A model generated the notes under the pieces. It worked only from the letters and a program-made list of their open reading frames with translations. It had not been told where the DNA came from and made no database searches. DNA of 52,129 bases from a virus (Duplodnaviria; Caudoviricetes): IMG/VR virus record IMGVR_UViG_3300020469_000065, positions 1 through 52,129 of that record. The stretch is one strand, 5' to 3'. Both the position numbers and the translations under genes were made by a program. Of this stretch, positions 9,690 through 19,618 are shown one piece after another (the stretch's first letter is position 1; every line of letters starts with the position of its first letter).

Positions 9690-10148
9690 ATGTCTATTTA
9701 TAAAGCTACAAGCTGGGGTCGCACTAGAAGACCAAAACAAATGGTGGAGGACGTACCATCTTCAAGACAAGCAGCTACGTCTGTTACGCCAGTTGCTGCC
9801 GCAGCCCTTAGCAACACTCTCGCTGGCACCAACGCTGGCGAAAATGGATATATAACTGAAAATCAAAGATTTCTTCATTTACAGATTGAAAATGATGATA
9901 CAGACGATACCGTAACTGTTTATGGATACAACTACGCTTTTGGATCTTGGGCGGTTCTTTATATCCCTGTGGGTGTAAAAAGCGGTAGCGACACAACCGC
10001 CGAGCTAGCTTATGTAGAAGCCAAATTTACAACGATAAACGGAAAAAAAATGGTTACTATACCATTGCGTGGTGTAGATAGAGTAGCCTTTGTTCATGAT
10101 GGTGGTTTGGGTGATATGGTTCTGCGTGCCGCAATGAGCACTTTCTAA
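9690..10148 (+). CDS. Hypothetical virion protein
   Basis: GGAGG RBS; downstream of ACTATTTA; beta-rich composition. Confidence 0.7.
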   Translation: MSIYKATSWGRTRRPKQMVEDVPSSRQAATSVTPVAAAALSNTLAGTNAGENGYITENQRFLHLQIENDDTDDTVTVYGYNYAFGSWAVLYIPVGVKSGSDTTAELAYVEAKFTTINGKKMVTIPLRGVDRVAFVHDGGLGDMVLRAAMSTF

Positions 10149-10160
10149 AGGAGTTTTGTA

Positions 10161-10811
10161 ATGGCTCAATTTAGATGGGCATATGTTAATTGTACAGAAG
10201 AGCCGGCAGTTACTATTGCTGGACCAACTGGCTCACTTCAATTTTTATCTACCTCAAGTGGTTTGAGTGGTTCTCAGAATCTAATTTACAACACATCCAG
10301 TAACACCCTTTTTATTACAGGTACGTTATTGGTTTCTGGTACTATCAGTGCTAGCTCTTTTGTGGTAAATCAGACCGACACTATCTCTGGTTCTACAATT
10401 TTCGGTAACAGCAGTGATGATGTTCACCAGATAACAGGCAGCTTATTTGTAGGTAAGGCATCCGAAGCTTCAACATTTCAAGTTGTCCCAACTTTGAGCC
10501 AATCAATTACTTTCGGTATGAGGTATGCTTACAGAACCGTTGCTGCGTCCGGCTTGACATCATCAACTGGTGATTATATTATCGGCTTTGGTGGAAGCGG
10601 TAATTTAGAGTTTAGACTGCACTCTGCTTCGGTTCATAACTCGGGCGCAATTTTGGTTCTTAAAGATGAAAACTCCTCTAGGGGTGCGTCGGCTGTTACA
10701 ATTTCAGCATCTGCTCCAAATACTATCGATAACAACGGCGCTTACGTTCTTACTGGCTCTAATCCAGCTATTTCACTTTATTCTAATGGTGCCAACTGGT
10801 TCGTGTTCTAA
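10161..10811 (+). CDS. Fibre/decoration-like protein, paralog 1
   Basis: S/G/T-rich; C-terminal LKDE...I.I.AS..NTID...L....AISLYSNGANWFVF domain shared with three downstream ORFs. Confidence 0.65.
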   Translation: MAQFRWAYVNCTEEPAVTIAGPTGSLQFLSTSSGLSGSQNLIYNTSSNTLFITGTLLVSGTISASSFVVNQTDTISGSTIFGNSSDDVHQITGSLFVGKASEASTFQVVPTLSQSITFGMRYAYRTVAASGLTSSTGDYIIGFGGSGNLEFRLHSASVHNSGAILVLKDENSSRGASAVTISASAPNTIDNNGAYVLTGSNPAISLYSNGANWFVF

Positions 10812-10826
10812 CAAGGGGGTTATCTA

Positions 10827-11822
10827 ATGGCTTATAACCTTCTCTCTGGAACAGTTGTCGCAAACGAATCAGTCGTTTTCGAGCCGTCTACAAATGGCAG
10901 CGAGTTCACAAACGTAATTGTTGGTGAATTTAGAGGCGACGGGCAACAATTGCAAAATGTTGCCAGAGTAGTTGCTAATGGAACAACTGATTATCTTGTC
11001 TCTATTGGTTCAAACGCAGACAGTTTAGTTGGAGAACCAAACCTTAGATTTAATGGCTCTCGTTTGCTTGTTTTGGGAGCAGTTACTGCCTCCACAATGA
11101 ACCTATCTTCTATTAGTGCAGGTCAAGCACTGACCTCATCTTTTTTAGCACTTGATGATAATAACAATGTAGTCCTTACTTCTTCTGCTGGTGGTCCTGA
11201 CTTTGCAGTTGCCCAAGGTCCAATTAACTCTCTACAATTTCATTCAAGCCCAGGTGACATAAGTGGCTCCGATAATTTTACTCTTGTCGGCAGCACATTG
11301 TTTGTGACTGGAAACATAGTAGTTTCTGGAAATGTAGAGGCACACGGTTTTGACATTGTTCAAACAACCCTGGTAGAGATAAATCAATCTGGCTCAAGTG
11401 CCTTGGGCAATTCAAATGATGATACTCACCATTTCACAGGTTCTGTTTCTGTGTTCTCTTCTAGCACAGATCTATTTGCGATTGATGTAGAAAATAAAAA
11501 TACAAAAATAAAAACTGGTTTAGTATTCAATAGGACTTCGATTACTTCAAACTATTCTGTTCTGACATCAGATTATTATGTTGGTATTGACACAGCAACT
11601 CCTAGTTCTGTAATTACCGCAAGTTTGCCAGCAGCCGAATCTTTGCAATCAGGGCAAACTTTTGTTTTTAAAGATGAGGGTGGAAGTGCCCATCAATACA
11701 GCATTGTCATAGAACCATCTGGCTCTCAAAAAATTGACAATCAAAATAAAGTAATTTTAGAATCACCTCATGCATCTTTGACCATTTATACGGACGGCGC
11801 GTCAAAGTTCTTTATTACTTGA
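10827..11822 (+). CDS. Fibre/decoration-like protein, paralog 2
   Basis: GNSNDDTHHFTGS matches GNSSDDVHQITGS of paralog 1; C-terminal FKDEGG...ID...YTDGASKFFIT. Confidence 0.65.
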   Translation: MAYNLLSGTVVANESVVFEPSTNGSEFTNVIVGEFRGDGQQLQNVARVVANGTTDYLVSIGSNADSLVGEPNLRFNGSRLLVLGAVTASTMNLSSISAGQALTSSFLALDDNNNVVLTSSAGGPDFAVAQGPINSLQFHSSPGDISGSDNFTLVGSTLFVTGNIVVSGNVEAHGFDIVQTTLVEINQSGSSALGNSNDDTHHFTGSVSVFSSSTDLFAIDVENKNTKIKTGLVFNRTSITSNYSVLTSDYYVGIDTATPSSVITASLPAAESLQSGQTFVFKDEGGSAHQYSIVIEPSGSQKIDNQNKVILESPHASLTIYTDGASKFFIT

Positions 11823-11832
11823 TATAAAATAC

Positions 11833-11840
11833 ACTATTTA
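11833..11840 (+). promoter_or_regulatory. ACTATTTA putative late promoter element
   Basis: Intergenic copy upstream of the AGGAGG RBS of 11909. Confidence 0.65.
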
Positions 11841-11908
11841 AAAGCATAATGACGCTGTTGTTTTACATCAGTGCATTATCCATTTTTATCTTTAGGAGGA
11901 TTTTATAA

Positions 11909-14101
11909 ATGGCTTACAAATTTCAATTAGGTTCTGCTATTCTTAGTGGTTCCACAAAGTTCGAGGAAGAGGTTGACGCCGCTGGCGGTATTAAGGTCTC
12001 TGGTGTTAGTGACACCGCACTCGACGTTTCTGCTGATAGCTTCTTGTTCCGTGATGCTGACGGAACCATGAAGCGCGATACCATGGCTGATTACGCTACT
12101 GCAATCGCTGGTGACGGTCTTGCCGCTTCATCCGGTGTTCTTGCTGTCGGTGTTGATGATTCTACTGTTGAGCTTAACTCTGACGCTCTTCGCATCAAAG
12201 ACTCCGGTGTTACCGCTGCAAAGCTTAACACTGATGTCATCTCTGCGCAGGTTGAGTTGGCTCATGCTGACATTGCTGACGCTGATGAACTTATGATTTC
12301 TGATGGTGGAGTTCTTAAGAAGACTGGCGTTGATAGTCTCCGTGATCACTTCTTTGGTGTCGTGTCTGGCGATGCCACTGTTGCTGATGGCGGTGCCCTT
12401 ACCATTGCTGCTAACGCTGTTGAGGACTCCATGGTCAACGACAACGTTGCGACCGGTCTTGCTGGTGTTGGTCTCTCTGCCGCTTCTGGCGTCATGGCAC
12501 TAGATTTGAACGAACTTACCGCTGAAACACTTGCTTCTGGCGATTTTCTCGCTTTCGTTGACAGCACTGACAACGGTACCCACAAGGAAAGCGTTGATGA
12601 CCTTGCTACCCTTTTTGCTGGTAATGGTCTCGCTGCTGCTTCTGCCGTACTATCAGTTGATCTTAACGAGCTTGGCGCTGCTACCGTTAACGTTGGTGCT
12701 GACAGCATTGCTATTATTGACGCTGACGATTCAAACGGCTCTAAAAAGGAAAGCATTGCCGATCTTATGACCGCTGTTGCTGGTTCTGGTCTTAAGTCTG
12801 AAAATGGTGTTCTTGAGGTTCGAGTCTCTGGTTCAATTGTTCGCGACTCTGACAAGCTTGGTATCAGTGGCTCAATCGCTGGCGCCGGTCTTTCATTCAC
12901 AGGTGGTGATAACAGTATATCCAGCTTGGCTGTCGGTGAGATCACCAACGGTGGTATTACTGCTCTTCCTGATGGCGTAAAGCTAGACCTCGCTGGTCTC
13001 GCTGCTGCCTCTGTTGATGTCGCAAACGATAGTATCGCAATTCTTGATGCTGGTGATAGCTCCAGTAAGAAAGAAAGTGTTGCTGACCTTATGACTGCTG
13101 TTGCTGGTAACGGTCTCGCTGCTGCCTCTGGTGTCCTTTCACTTGATGCTTCCGAGGTCGCTTCTGCCGCTATAGCTTCCGGCGACCACTTTGTTTTCCA
13201 CGATGTCACTGACGATAGCACCAAAAAGGAAACTGTCGATGATCTTGCTAGCTTTATGGCTGGTGTTGGTCTCTCTGCCGCTTCTGGTGTTCTTACACTT
13301 GACATTGATGAATTTGGTGCTCTTGGTGGTGCTAGCGTTGATCAAGCTGATAACTTCTTGGTCTCTGATGGTGGCACTGAAAAGAAGGTTACTTTTTCTA
13401 ACCTTGAAGATACTATTTTTGGAAACGTTAGTGGTGATGCTACTATAGCTGCTGGTGGTGCTCTTACTATTGCTGCTGGTGCAGTTGAGCACGGTATGCT
13501 TGCTGAAGACATCATTTCTGGTCAGGCTGAATTGCTTCATGCAGAAATCAACGATGATGATGAAATGATGATTGATGATGCTGGCGAAGTTAAGAAGGTT
13601 GGCGTTGATAGTCTTCGCGACCACTTCTTCGGTGCTGTCTCTGGTGACGCTACTGTGGCTGACGGTGGTGCACTTACCATTGCTGCTGATGCTGTTGAAA
13701 GTGGAATGCTTAACGACAATGTCATCTCCGGTCAGACCGACATCGGCGCCGCAATTGCTGACACTGACGAGCTTCTTATCAGTGATGCTGGTAGCCTTAG
13801 AAGAACTGACGTTTCTAGACTTCGCGCTATGCCCGTTGCTGAGCGTGGCGATGGAGACACACTAGCTTCTGGTATGAACTTCTTTGGTGACCTCAGTTCC
13901 AACGCTACTGTCAGCCTCCCTGCTTCACCTGAAGTTGGCGATAAGGTTGTAGCGAAGGCTAAAGGTCTTACTGGTGCCAAGATCATTATCAACAGACAAG
14001 GCTCACACACTATTGATGGTGCAACCTCAGTAGAAATCGAGTCACCTTTTGGTGCTGTTACTTGTGTCTACGTTAACGCTAACGATTGGAGACTTATCTG
14101 A
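11909..14101 (+). CDS. Long repetitive Asp/Ala/Gly-rich fibre-like virion protein, paralog 3
   Basis: Internal repeats GVDSLRDHFFG.VSGDATVADGGALTIAA (x2), KKES.ADLMTAVAG (x2), GL.A.SGVL; same C-terminal domain (LPASP..GD...IDG...NANDWRLI). Confidence 0.75.
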   Translation: MAYKFQLGSAILSGSTKFEEEVDAAGGIKVSGVSDTALDVSADSFLFRDADGTMKRDTMADYATAIAGDGLAASSGVLAVGVDDSTVELNSDALRIKDSGVTAAKLNTDVISAQVELAHADIADADELMISDGGVLKKTGVDSLRDHFFGVVSGDATVADGGALTIAANAVEDSMVNDNVATGLAGVGLSAASGVMALDLNELTAETLASGDFLAFVDSTDNGTHKESVDDLATLFAGNGLAAASAVLSVDLNELGAATVNVGADSIAIIDADDSNGSKKESIADLMTAVAGSGLKSENGVLEVRVSGSIVRDSDKLGISGSIAGAGLSFTGGDNSISSLAVGEITNGGITALPDGVKLDLAGLAAASVDVANDSIAILDAGDSSSKKESVADLMTAVAGNGLAAASGVLSLDASEVASAAIASGDHFVFHDVTDDSTKKETVDDLASFMAGVGLSAASGVLTLDIDEFGALGGASVDQADNFLVSDGGTEKKVTFSNLEDTIFGNVSGDATIAAGGALTIAAGAVEHGMLAEDIISGQAELLHAEINDDDEMMIDDAGEVKKVGVDSLRDHFFGAVSGDATVADGGALTIAADAVESGMLNDNVISGQTDIGAAIADTDELLISDAGSLRRTDVSRLRAMPVAERGDGDTLASGMNFFGDLSSNATVSLPASPEVGDKVVAKAKGLTGAKIIINRQGSHTIDGATSVEIESPFGAVTCVYVNANDWRLI

Positions 14102-14133
14102 TTTAACCTTCTGGTTTTAATCAGATTTATCCT

Positions 14134-14165
14134 GGGTGCCCTCCTTCGTGGGGGCATCCTTTTTT
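14134..14165 (+). terminator. Intrinsic terminator
   Basis: GGGTGCCCTCC-TTCG-TGGGGGCATCC followed by T6. Confidence 0.8.
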
Positions 14166-14171
14166 CTTGCG

Positions 14172-14179
14172 ACTATTTA
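14172..14179 (+). promoter_or_regulatory. ACTATTTA putative late promoter element
   Basis: Immediately after the terminator, before 14212. Confidence 0.7.
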
Positions 14180-14211
14180 TTGAGAACATCAAATAAAAAA
14201 GGATTTTTTAT

Positions 14212-15399
14212 ATGGCTTATAATGTCCTAAAAGGCAACGTACAATTTATTAACTCTGATAGTGGTTCTATCGAGAGTATGGTTGATGACCACAGTAATCA
14301 GACAATTGCAGGAGTAAAAACATTTTCATCTCCAATTACTGCTAGTGCTTTTTTTAATTCTAGCGGCGGTGGGTCTCCAATTGTATCTTCTCCAATCAAC
14401 TCACTCTTTGGTTCTGGTGAAGATAGGGTTGCAATATTTAGTGGTTCAAACGACCTTACAGCAAGCACAGGACTGACTTATGATAGCATAGTTTTGGCAG
14501 TTACAGGAAATGTCTCTGCTTCACTAAACATATCAGGATCAGGTTTTTATGGCTCTGGCGTTGGGTTGACGAACTTGCCAGCCACAAGCTTAAACGGTCA
14601 GGTCGCTGCTGCAAATATAAACCTTGGAAACGGGTTAACAAACGTAGGTGGCGCAGTTACTGTTTCTGGTTCTGACACAAGCATTACAATTGCAGCGAAT
14701 GGAATCTCCATAAATGGTGCCGGTAACACCAGTGGTTTGAGAGTTGGTGGTAGTGGTTTAAGAGTAGATCCGAACCGAGGTACTAATAAAGCTTCACTAT
14801 CATCAACCGACGAAATTTTGATTTCTGATAGTGATGATTCTAATAATCTTAAAAAATCAAGTTTTAGCAGCCTACAGACATATATGCAAGAAAATTTAAA
14901 TTTTGGTGGAGCAGCGGGCTCAAACACTCAAATTCAATTTAATAGTTCTGGAGACTTTGCTGGCGACAACACATTTACATTTAATAACACAAGTAAAGTT
15001 GTTGCTGTAACTGGACTTAGTGCGTCATCGAATGTTTCAGCCTCTGCTTTTTATGGTAATGGAGCCAATTTAACTGGCTTAGCTACTAATGTTTATAATA
15101 GTTTTACAGCCAATTACACTGTGGCTACAACTCATGATTTAATGGGTATTGTCACAACTGGCTCAGCGATAACAGCCTCTTTAGCAGCAGCTAGTAGTTA
15201 TGGTTCTGGTCAAAGATTTACTTTTAAAGATGTGAGCGGAAGCTGTTCTGGGTCAAATCACATCGTAATTAGCGCCAGTTCACACCACACAGGTGATAGG
15301 ATTGATGGGCAAGGCATTGTAAAAATACAAGCTGGTTATGGTGCTATAACAATCGCATCTGATGGTGTAAATAGTTTTTATATAGTGAGTACAAGTTAA
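14212..15399 (+). CDS. Fibre/decoration-like protein, paralog 4
   Basis: MAYNVL start like 10827; GSNTQIQFN; C-terminal FKDVSG...IDG...SDGVNSFYIV. Confidence 0.7.
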   Translation: MAYNVLKGNVQFINSDSGSIESMVDDHSNQTIAGVKTFSSPITASAFFNSSGGGSPIVSSPINSLFGSGEDRVAIFSGSNDLTASTGLTYDSIVLAVTGNVSASLNISGSGFYGSGVGLTNLPATSLNGQVAAANINLGNGLTNVGGAVTVSGSDTSITIAANGISINGAGNTSGLRVGGSGLRVDPNRGTNKASLSSTDEILISDSDDSNNLKKSSFSSLQTYMQENLNFGGAAGSNTQIQFNSSGDFAGDNTFTFNNTSKVVAVTGLSASSNVSASAFYGNGANLTGLATNVYNSFTANYTVATTHDLMGIVTTGSAITASLAAASSYGSGQRFTFKDVSGSCSGSNHIVISASSHHTGDRIDGQGIVKIQAGYGAITIASDGVNSFYIVSTS

Positions 15400-16142
15400 T
15401 GCCTGATTTAATTGATGATAATGGAACATGGGTGTTGCAGCCCGATAAAGATTTGGCTGATTTAGAGATGAACATAATTGATGTGACTGATGGTAGTTGG
15501 TCCCACATTGATGTAAACAGTCAGCTTAAATCTTTTTCTTTTTCTGGAGAAGTAAATACAGTGAGCCTAAATGCTATATCTTCTGGAACTTCAACACAGT
15601 TTAGTAACAATGCTTATCAGGGCGCAAGATGGTACAAATTGTTAAAAGACTCAAAAGGCGTTCAAGTAAACACAGACGAACGATTTATTTTTGTTGCCAC
15701 AATACAAGCCCAATCATCTTCAAATCCGGCAGCCTTTGGTTTTGGATTCGGAACCTCGGTTGCTCCTTTGGCTACTGGCTCCGGTGGAACAGCAAGACAA
15801 AACTTTCAACATTTTGCTCTAGTTAACGAATTGGCTTCCGGCGCAGGGTTTAAACACGAATATGATAGATTGTTAAAATTGGGCGGCGGTGGCGCAGTTT
15901 CTAACCACTTGACTTCCAGTATATGCCAATTAATTCATAATTTCGGCGGCGACAGATCTGGTGGTAGTGTAGTAACGAATAATATAAACAATTGCACAAC
16001 CGCAGCAGGAACTAACACCTCTGGAACAGATCCGCTCTATCTTCAAGTCGGAATTGGCTCAAGATACAATACTGTTTCTGCACTAGAAGATGCAGAGCAC
16101 AAAGCAATAATGAAATACGTGGTTATAAGGTTGGATAACTAA
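15399..16142 (+). CDS. Hypothetical protein
   Basis: TAATG coupling; 247 aa. Confidence 0.65.
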   Translation: MPDLIDDNGTWVLQPDKDLADLEMNIIDVTDGSWSHIDVNSQLKSFSFSGEVNTVSLNAISSGTSTQFSNNAYQGARWYKLLKDSKGVQVNTDERFIFVATIQAQSSSNPAAFGFGFGTSVAPLATGSGGTARQNFQHFALVNELASGAGFKHEYDRLLKLGGGGAVSNHLTSSICQLIHNFGGDRSGGSVVTNNINNCTTAAGTNTSGTDPLYLQVGIGSRYNTVSALEDAEHKAIMKYVVIRLDN

Positions 16143-16348
16143 TGAAAAAAATAGATCAAATTGAAAATATGACAAAATTATATGAGGGAACAGAGATAAC
16201 AGGAACTAACATGCATCTTTGTATTTCCACTGAAGAGGTTAACGCTCTATTATCTGAGTATGATCCAGATGATTTCAACTCTCCAGACATAGTAACTTGT
16301 CGAGCCATAGCAAGACTGGTGCTAGATGCACTAAAGTCAGTGCAATAA
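16142..16348 (+). CDS. Hypothetical protein
   Basis: TAATG coupling; 68 aa. Confidence 0.55.
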   Translation: MKKIDQIENMTKLYEGTEITGTNMHLCISTEEVNALLSEYDPDDFNSPDIVTCRAIARLVLDALKSVQ

Positions 16349-16373
16349 ACATTTGCTTTTAGTTTAATTACAC

Positions 16374-16381
16374 ACTATTTA
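16374..16381 (+). promoter_or_regulatory. ACTATTTA putative late promoter element for scaffold/capsid operon
   Basis: Intergenic copy upstream of an AGGAG RBS. Confidence 0.7.
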
Positions 16382-16415
16382 AAATGAAAAACTAGTTTTA
16401 TAGGAGTTTTTGTTT

Positions 16416-17567
16416 ATGTCTTCACTATTAGAACAGGCGATTGTTGACGCGAAAGCCTTAAAAGAGGCTGCGCTCAAGAACGCAGAAGCAACAATCATCG
16501 ATAAGTATTCCGAGGAAGTTAAGTCAACCCTCAACCAGCTTTTAGAACAGGACGAGCTTGATGCTCTTCTTGGTGGAGGCGACGAAGGTGGTCTTGATCT
16601 CGGCGGTGAGGCACCTTCTCCCGACGCGGAAGCTACGATGGAAGAAGAAGTGGAGGCAGATGAAATTGCAGAGGGCGTCCCAGATGCTTTCTCGGAAGAT
16701 TCCGCCGAACTTAGTGATGTAAAAGAAGGCGAAAGTGCAGAGGTTACAATAGATTTTAAAGAACTTGCAGAAGCACTACAGCAACTTCGTGAAGGTGTCG
16801 AAGAAGAGGAAACTCTTGAAGAAGCTGAAGAAAATGAAGAAGAAGTAAAAGAAGAAGTAGACCTTGATGAAGAATCGATTGTAGAGATGGTAGAGGCAAT
16901 GCTCTCAGATCCCCCTGACGACAAAGACGACACTCTTGAAGAAGCCGACGAAGATGATGACGTTATGGAAGAGGGCGAAGAAGATGGAGAACTTTACGAA
17001 GAACTCTCTGATGCCCTCTTGGAAGCAATTATGGAAAAACTTACCGTAGACATGGGTGCTACGCTCTCTGGTTGGGCTGGTCGTTCCGAAGAATCAGTCA
17101 AGCACCAGATGGAGCTAGAGATGGCGCATCGCCGCAGCACCGAAGTCGCAGAAGAACTCGAAGCACTTAAAAAGGCTCAAGAAGAGCTAGTGTTCGAGAA
17201 CAAGAAACTTAAAAAGAATTTGGTCAACTACCAAGAAGTAGTTGATTCACTTAAGGAGAATGTGCAGGATGTAAATCTTAGTAATGCACGACTCCTTTAC
17301 ACCAACCGCACGCTGAGAAATACCTCCCTGAATGAGCGACAAAAAGAAAGAATTGTCGAAGCGATTTCTAAGGCTGGTTCGGTTGAGGAAGCAAAGACAA
17401 TCCACGAGACACTTCAAAGCACAGTGTCGTCCACTCACAAGAGAGGACCAAAATCACTAAGCGAAGCTATCAACCGTCCAACTTCCGTTATCCGTGCATC
17501 TCGTAAGGAAGAGCCAAAGGCTGATCCGTTTACCGCGAGAATGCGTAAACTAGCAGGTATCAATTAA
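16416..17567 (+). CDS. Prohead core/scaffold protein (T4 gp22-like)
   Basis: Very acidic coiled-coil protein directly before the capsid gene; ATG 16416 with AGGAG RBS. Confidence 0.75.
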   Translation: MSSLLEQAIVDAKALKEAALKNAEATIIDKYSEEVKSTLNQLLEQDELDALLGGGDEGGLDLGGEAPSPDAEATMEEEVEADEIAEGVPDAFSEDSAELSDVKEGESAEVTIDFKELAEALQQLREGVEEEETLEEAEENEEEVKEEVDLDEESIVEMVEAMLSDPPDDKDDTLEEADEDDDVMEEGEEDGELYEELSDALLEAIMEKLTVDMGATLSGWAGRSEESVKHQMELEMAHRRSTEVAEELEALKKAQEELVFENKKLKKNLVNYQEVVDSLKENVQDVNLSNARLLYTNRTLRNTSLNERQKERIVEAISKAGSVEEAKTIHETLQSTVSSTHKRGPKSLSEAINRPTSVIRASRKEEPKADPFTARMRKLAGIN

Positions 17568-17594
17568 ATCAAAATTTAAGGAGGATTTATAATT

Positions 17595-19454
17595 ATGTCT
17601 AGTATTGTTGAAAGATTGACCGAAGGCGTTGTCAATCGTGATATGCGTGCGGAGTCCCACGCACTTCTTTCCAAGTGGAAGAAGACCGGACTTCTAGAGG
17701 GCATTGAGACCGAGCGTAAGCAGAACTCAATGGCTCGCCTACTTGAAAACCAAGCCAAGGAGCTTCTCCGTGAGCAGACTACCCTAGGTGCAGGTTCCGT
17801 TGAAGGCTTCGCTGCTGTTGCTTTCCCAATCGTTCGCCGCGTTTTCGCTGGTCTTATCGCCAACGACCTCGTTAGCGTTCAGCCAATGAGCCTCCCCAGT
17901 GGTCTCATTTTCTTCCTTGACTTCACCTTCTCTAGTGATGCAGGTGGTAGTTCTGGTCTATTCCCACGTATGGGTAACGCATCTGGCGATTCCGTCTACG
18001 GTACCGACAAGGTTGGTGCTGGCGTCATTGATGGCGTGAGTTTGGTTAACGCAACTACCAAGGCTGCTGCTGGTAGTGGTCCACTTCGTGATGGTGGCAC
18101 TGGCTATGCTTACGCATCCCCAAGTGGCTCCCAAACCGATGCTGGTGGTGGTGTCGGTATTGCAACCGCAAACGCATCATATACCTCATTCACTTTGGAT
18201 GGCGCGGTAAGTGCGGCAAACCAGAAGCGCGTTCAGTTTGATCCAGATATTTTGTCTGTAACTGATAGCTCCCTCAGTGTTATCGTCTGTGATATCAAGA
18301 AGGCTAACGTCACAAGTGCTGATGGTGATCCCGATTTTGATAACCTTTCACCATTCCAGCTTGCTACCGCTAACCTCAACGCAGGTGGTGCCGGTGGTGC
18401 ATTCGCCGACGCGCTTGGTGGTGTTACAAGTGTAAAGCAGATTCGTCGTTTGACCGATAAGGTTGCGGCGGCAGACGCTTTGACCTCCGCAGAGTCTATT
18501 AGACTTGTCCTTACAGTTGCCTCTGGTGATTATACGTCAGATCAAGCTGCTGCTGCAATTGATAACACAATTAACGCTGCCGATCTTACTTTCCCAATCG
18601 CTGATAGGCTTGTAGCCTCTTCAACTCTCGGTGCTGTTGGTGGCGCACTTAACTTGTTCCCTCTTGAAGCAGAGACCGACATTCCTGAGATCGACATCAA
18701 GGTTGATTCAACCGCGATTACCGCTCAGACTAAGAAGCTCAAGGCTAAGTGGACCCCAGAGCTTGGTCAGGACCTTAATGCATACCACAACTTGGATGCA
18801 GAGGTTGAGCTTACCTCAATTCTCTCCGAGCAGATTGCTCTTGAGATTGACCGTGAGATCCTTGCTGACCTTGTAAACGGTGCTACCGCAGCTACCTACT
18901 ACTGGTCCCGCTCCCCAGGTCTCTTCGTCAACCGCGAGACTGGTGTTGAACTAGGCGCATCTTCTGCTGCTCCTGACTTCACCGGCACTGTCTCCGAGTG
19001 GTATGAAACCCTCGTTGAAACCATCAACGATGTCTCCGCACAGATTCACCGCAAGACTCTCCGTGGTGGTGCTAACTTCGTCGTCTGCGGACCCGAAGTT
19101 GCGAACATCCTTGAGTTCACCGCTGGCTTCCGTGCAAGTGTCACTCACGACGACGAGAAGGGTTCCATCGGCGCCCTCCGCGTTGGTTCACTAAGCAAGA
19201 AGTTTGATATCATTGTTGATCCTTACTTCCCACGTCAGGTGCTCCTCGTTGGTCGTCGTGGAGCTTCTTTCCTTGAAAGCGGTTATGTCTACGCACCTTA
19301 CGTGCCACTACAGACTACTCCCACAATCTTCGGACCAGAAGACTTCGTGCCACGCAAGGGTGTTATGACCCGCTACGCGAAGAAGATGGTTCGTCCAGAT
19401 ATGTATGGACTAGTCATCTGCCGTGGTTTACTCGGTGAAGAAGGCTCTAGCTGA
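17595..19454 (+). CDS. Major capsid protein (T4 gp23-like)
   Basis: AFPIVRRVF..L.A.DLVSVQPMSLPSGLIF, KKLKAKWTPE..QDLNAYH.LDAE.EL, EIDREI, GYVYAPYVPL, GVMTRYA. Confidence 0.95.
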   Translation: MSSIVERLTEGVVNRDMRAESHALLSKWKKTGLLEGIETERKQNSMARLLENQAKELLREQTTLGAGSVEGFAAVAFPIVRRVFAGLIANDLVSVQPMSLPSGLIFFLDFTFSSDAGGSSGLFPRMGNASGDSVYGTDKVGAGVIDGVSLVNATTKAAAGSGPLRDGGTGYAYASPSGSQTDAGGGVGIATANASYTSFTLDGAVSAANQKRVQFDPDILSVTDSSLSVIVCDIKKANVTSADGDPDFDNLSPFQLATANLNAGGAGGAFADALGGVTSVKQIRRLTDKVAAADALTSAESIRLVLTVASGDYTSDQAAAAIDNTINAADLTFPIADRLVASSTLGAVGGALNLFPLEAETDIPEIDIKVDSTAITAQTKKLKAKWTPELGQDLNAYHNLDAEVELTSILSEQIALEIDREILADLVNGATAATYYWSRSPGLFVNRETGVELGASSAAPDFTGTVSEWYETLVETINDVSAQIHRKTLRGGANFVVCGPEVANILEFTAGFRASVTHDDEKGSIGALRVGSLSKKFDIIVDPYFPRQVLLVGRRGASFLESGYVYAPYVPLQTTPTIFGPEDFVPRKGVMTRYAKKMVRPDMYGLVICRGLLGEEGSS

Positions 19455-19474
19455 TAGTTAAATATCACTAAACC

Positions 19475-19502
19475 AAGCCCCCTACTTCGGTAGGGGGTTT
19501 TT
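19475..19502 (+). terminator. Intrinsic terminator after capsid gene
   Basis: GCCCCCTAC-TTCG-GTAGGGGGT followed by a T-run. Confidence 0.85.
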
Positions 19503-19514
19503 GCTTTTAGAGAT

Positions 19515-19522
19515 ACTATTTA
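19515..19522 (+). promoter_or_regulatory. ACTATTTA putative late promoter element
   Basis: Follows the terminator and precedes the structured leader. Confidence 0.7.
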
Positions 19523-19526
19523 CAAC

Positions 19527-19618
19527 AACTTGAAATATTCTCCTCTGGGCGAGGCCACTGCCCTTAGAAAGTTTTGATTCCGAAGTGGCTGGAATTAATT
19601 CACTGAATAAAACAAGTT
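19527..19618 (+). ncRNA. Candidate structured RNA: three-way junction with two complementary 9-nt loops
   Basis: Closing stem AACTTG/CAAGTT plus TATTC/GAATA; hairpin GGGC-GAGGCCACT-GCCC; hairpin TTGATTCC-GAAGTGGCT-GGAATTAA; loops pair GGCCACT/AGTGGCT. Confidence 0.6.

Noticed and set aside
12346-13305. 319-aa minus-strand ORF and other antisense ORFs
   Set aside because: These are shadows of biased codon usage in + strand genes; they have no RBS, promoter or recognisable motifs.
11909-14101. Diversity-generating retroelement template/variable repeat pair
   Set aside because: The repeats differ mainly at synonymous positions rather than specifically at adenines, and no reverse transcriptase is present in the window.
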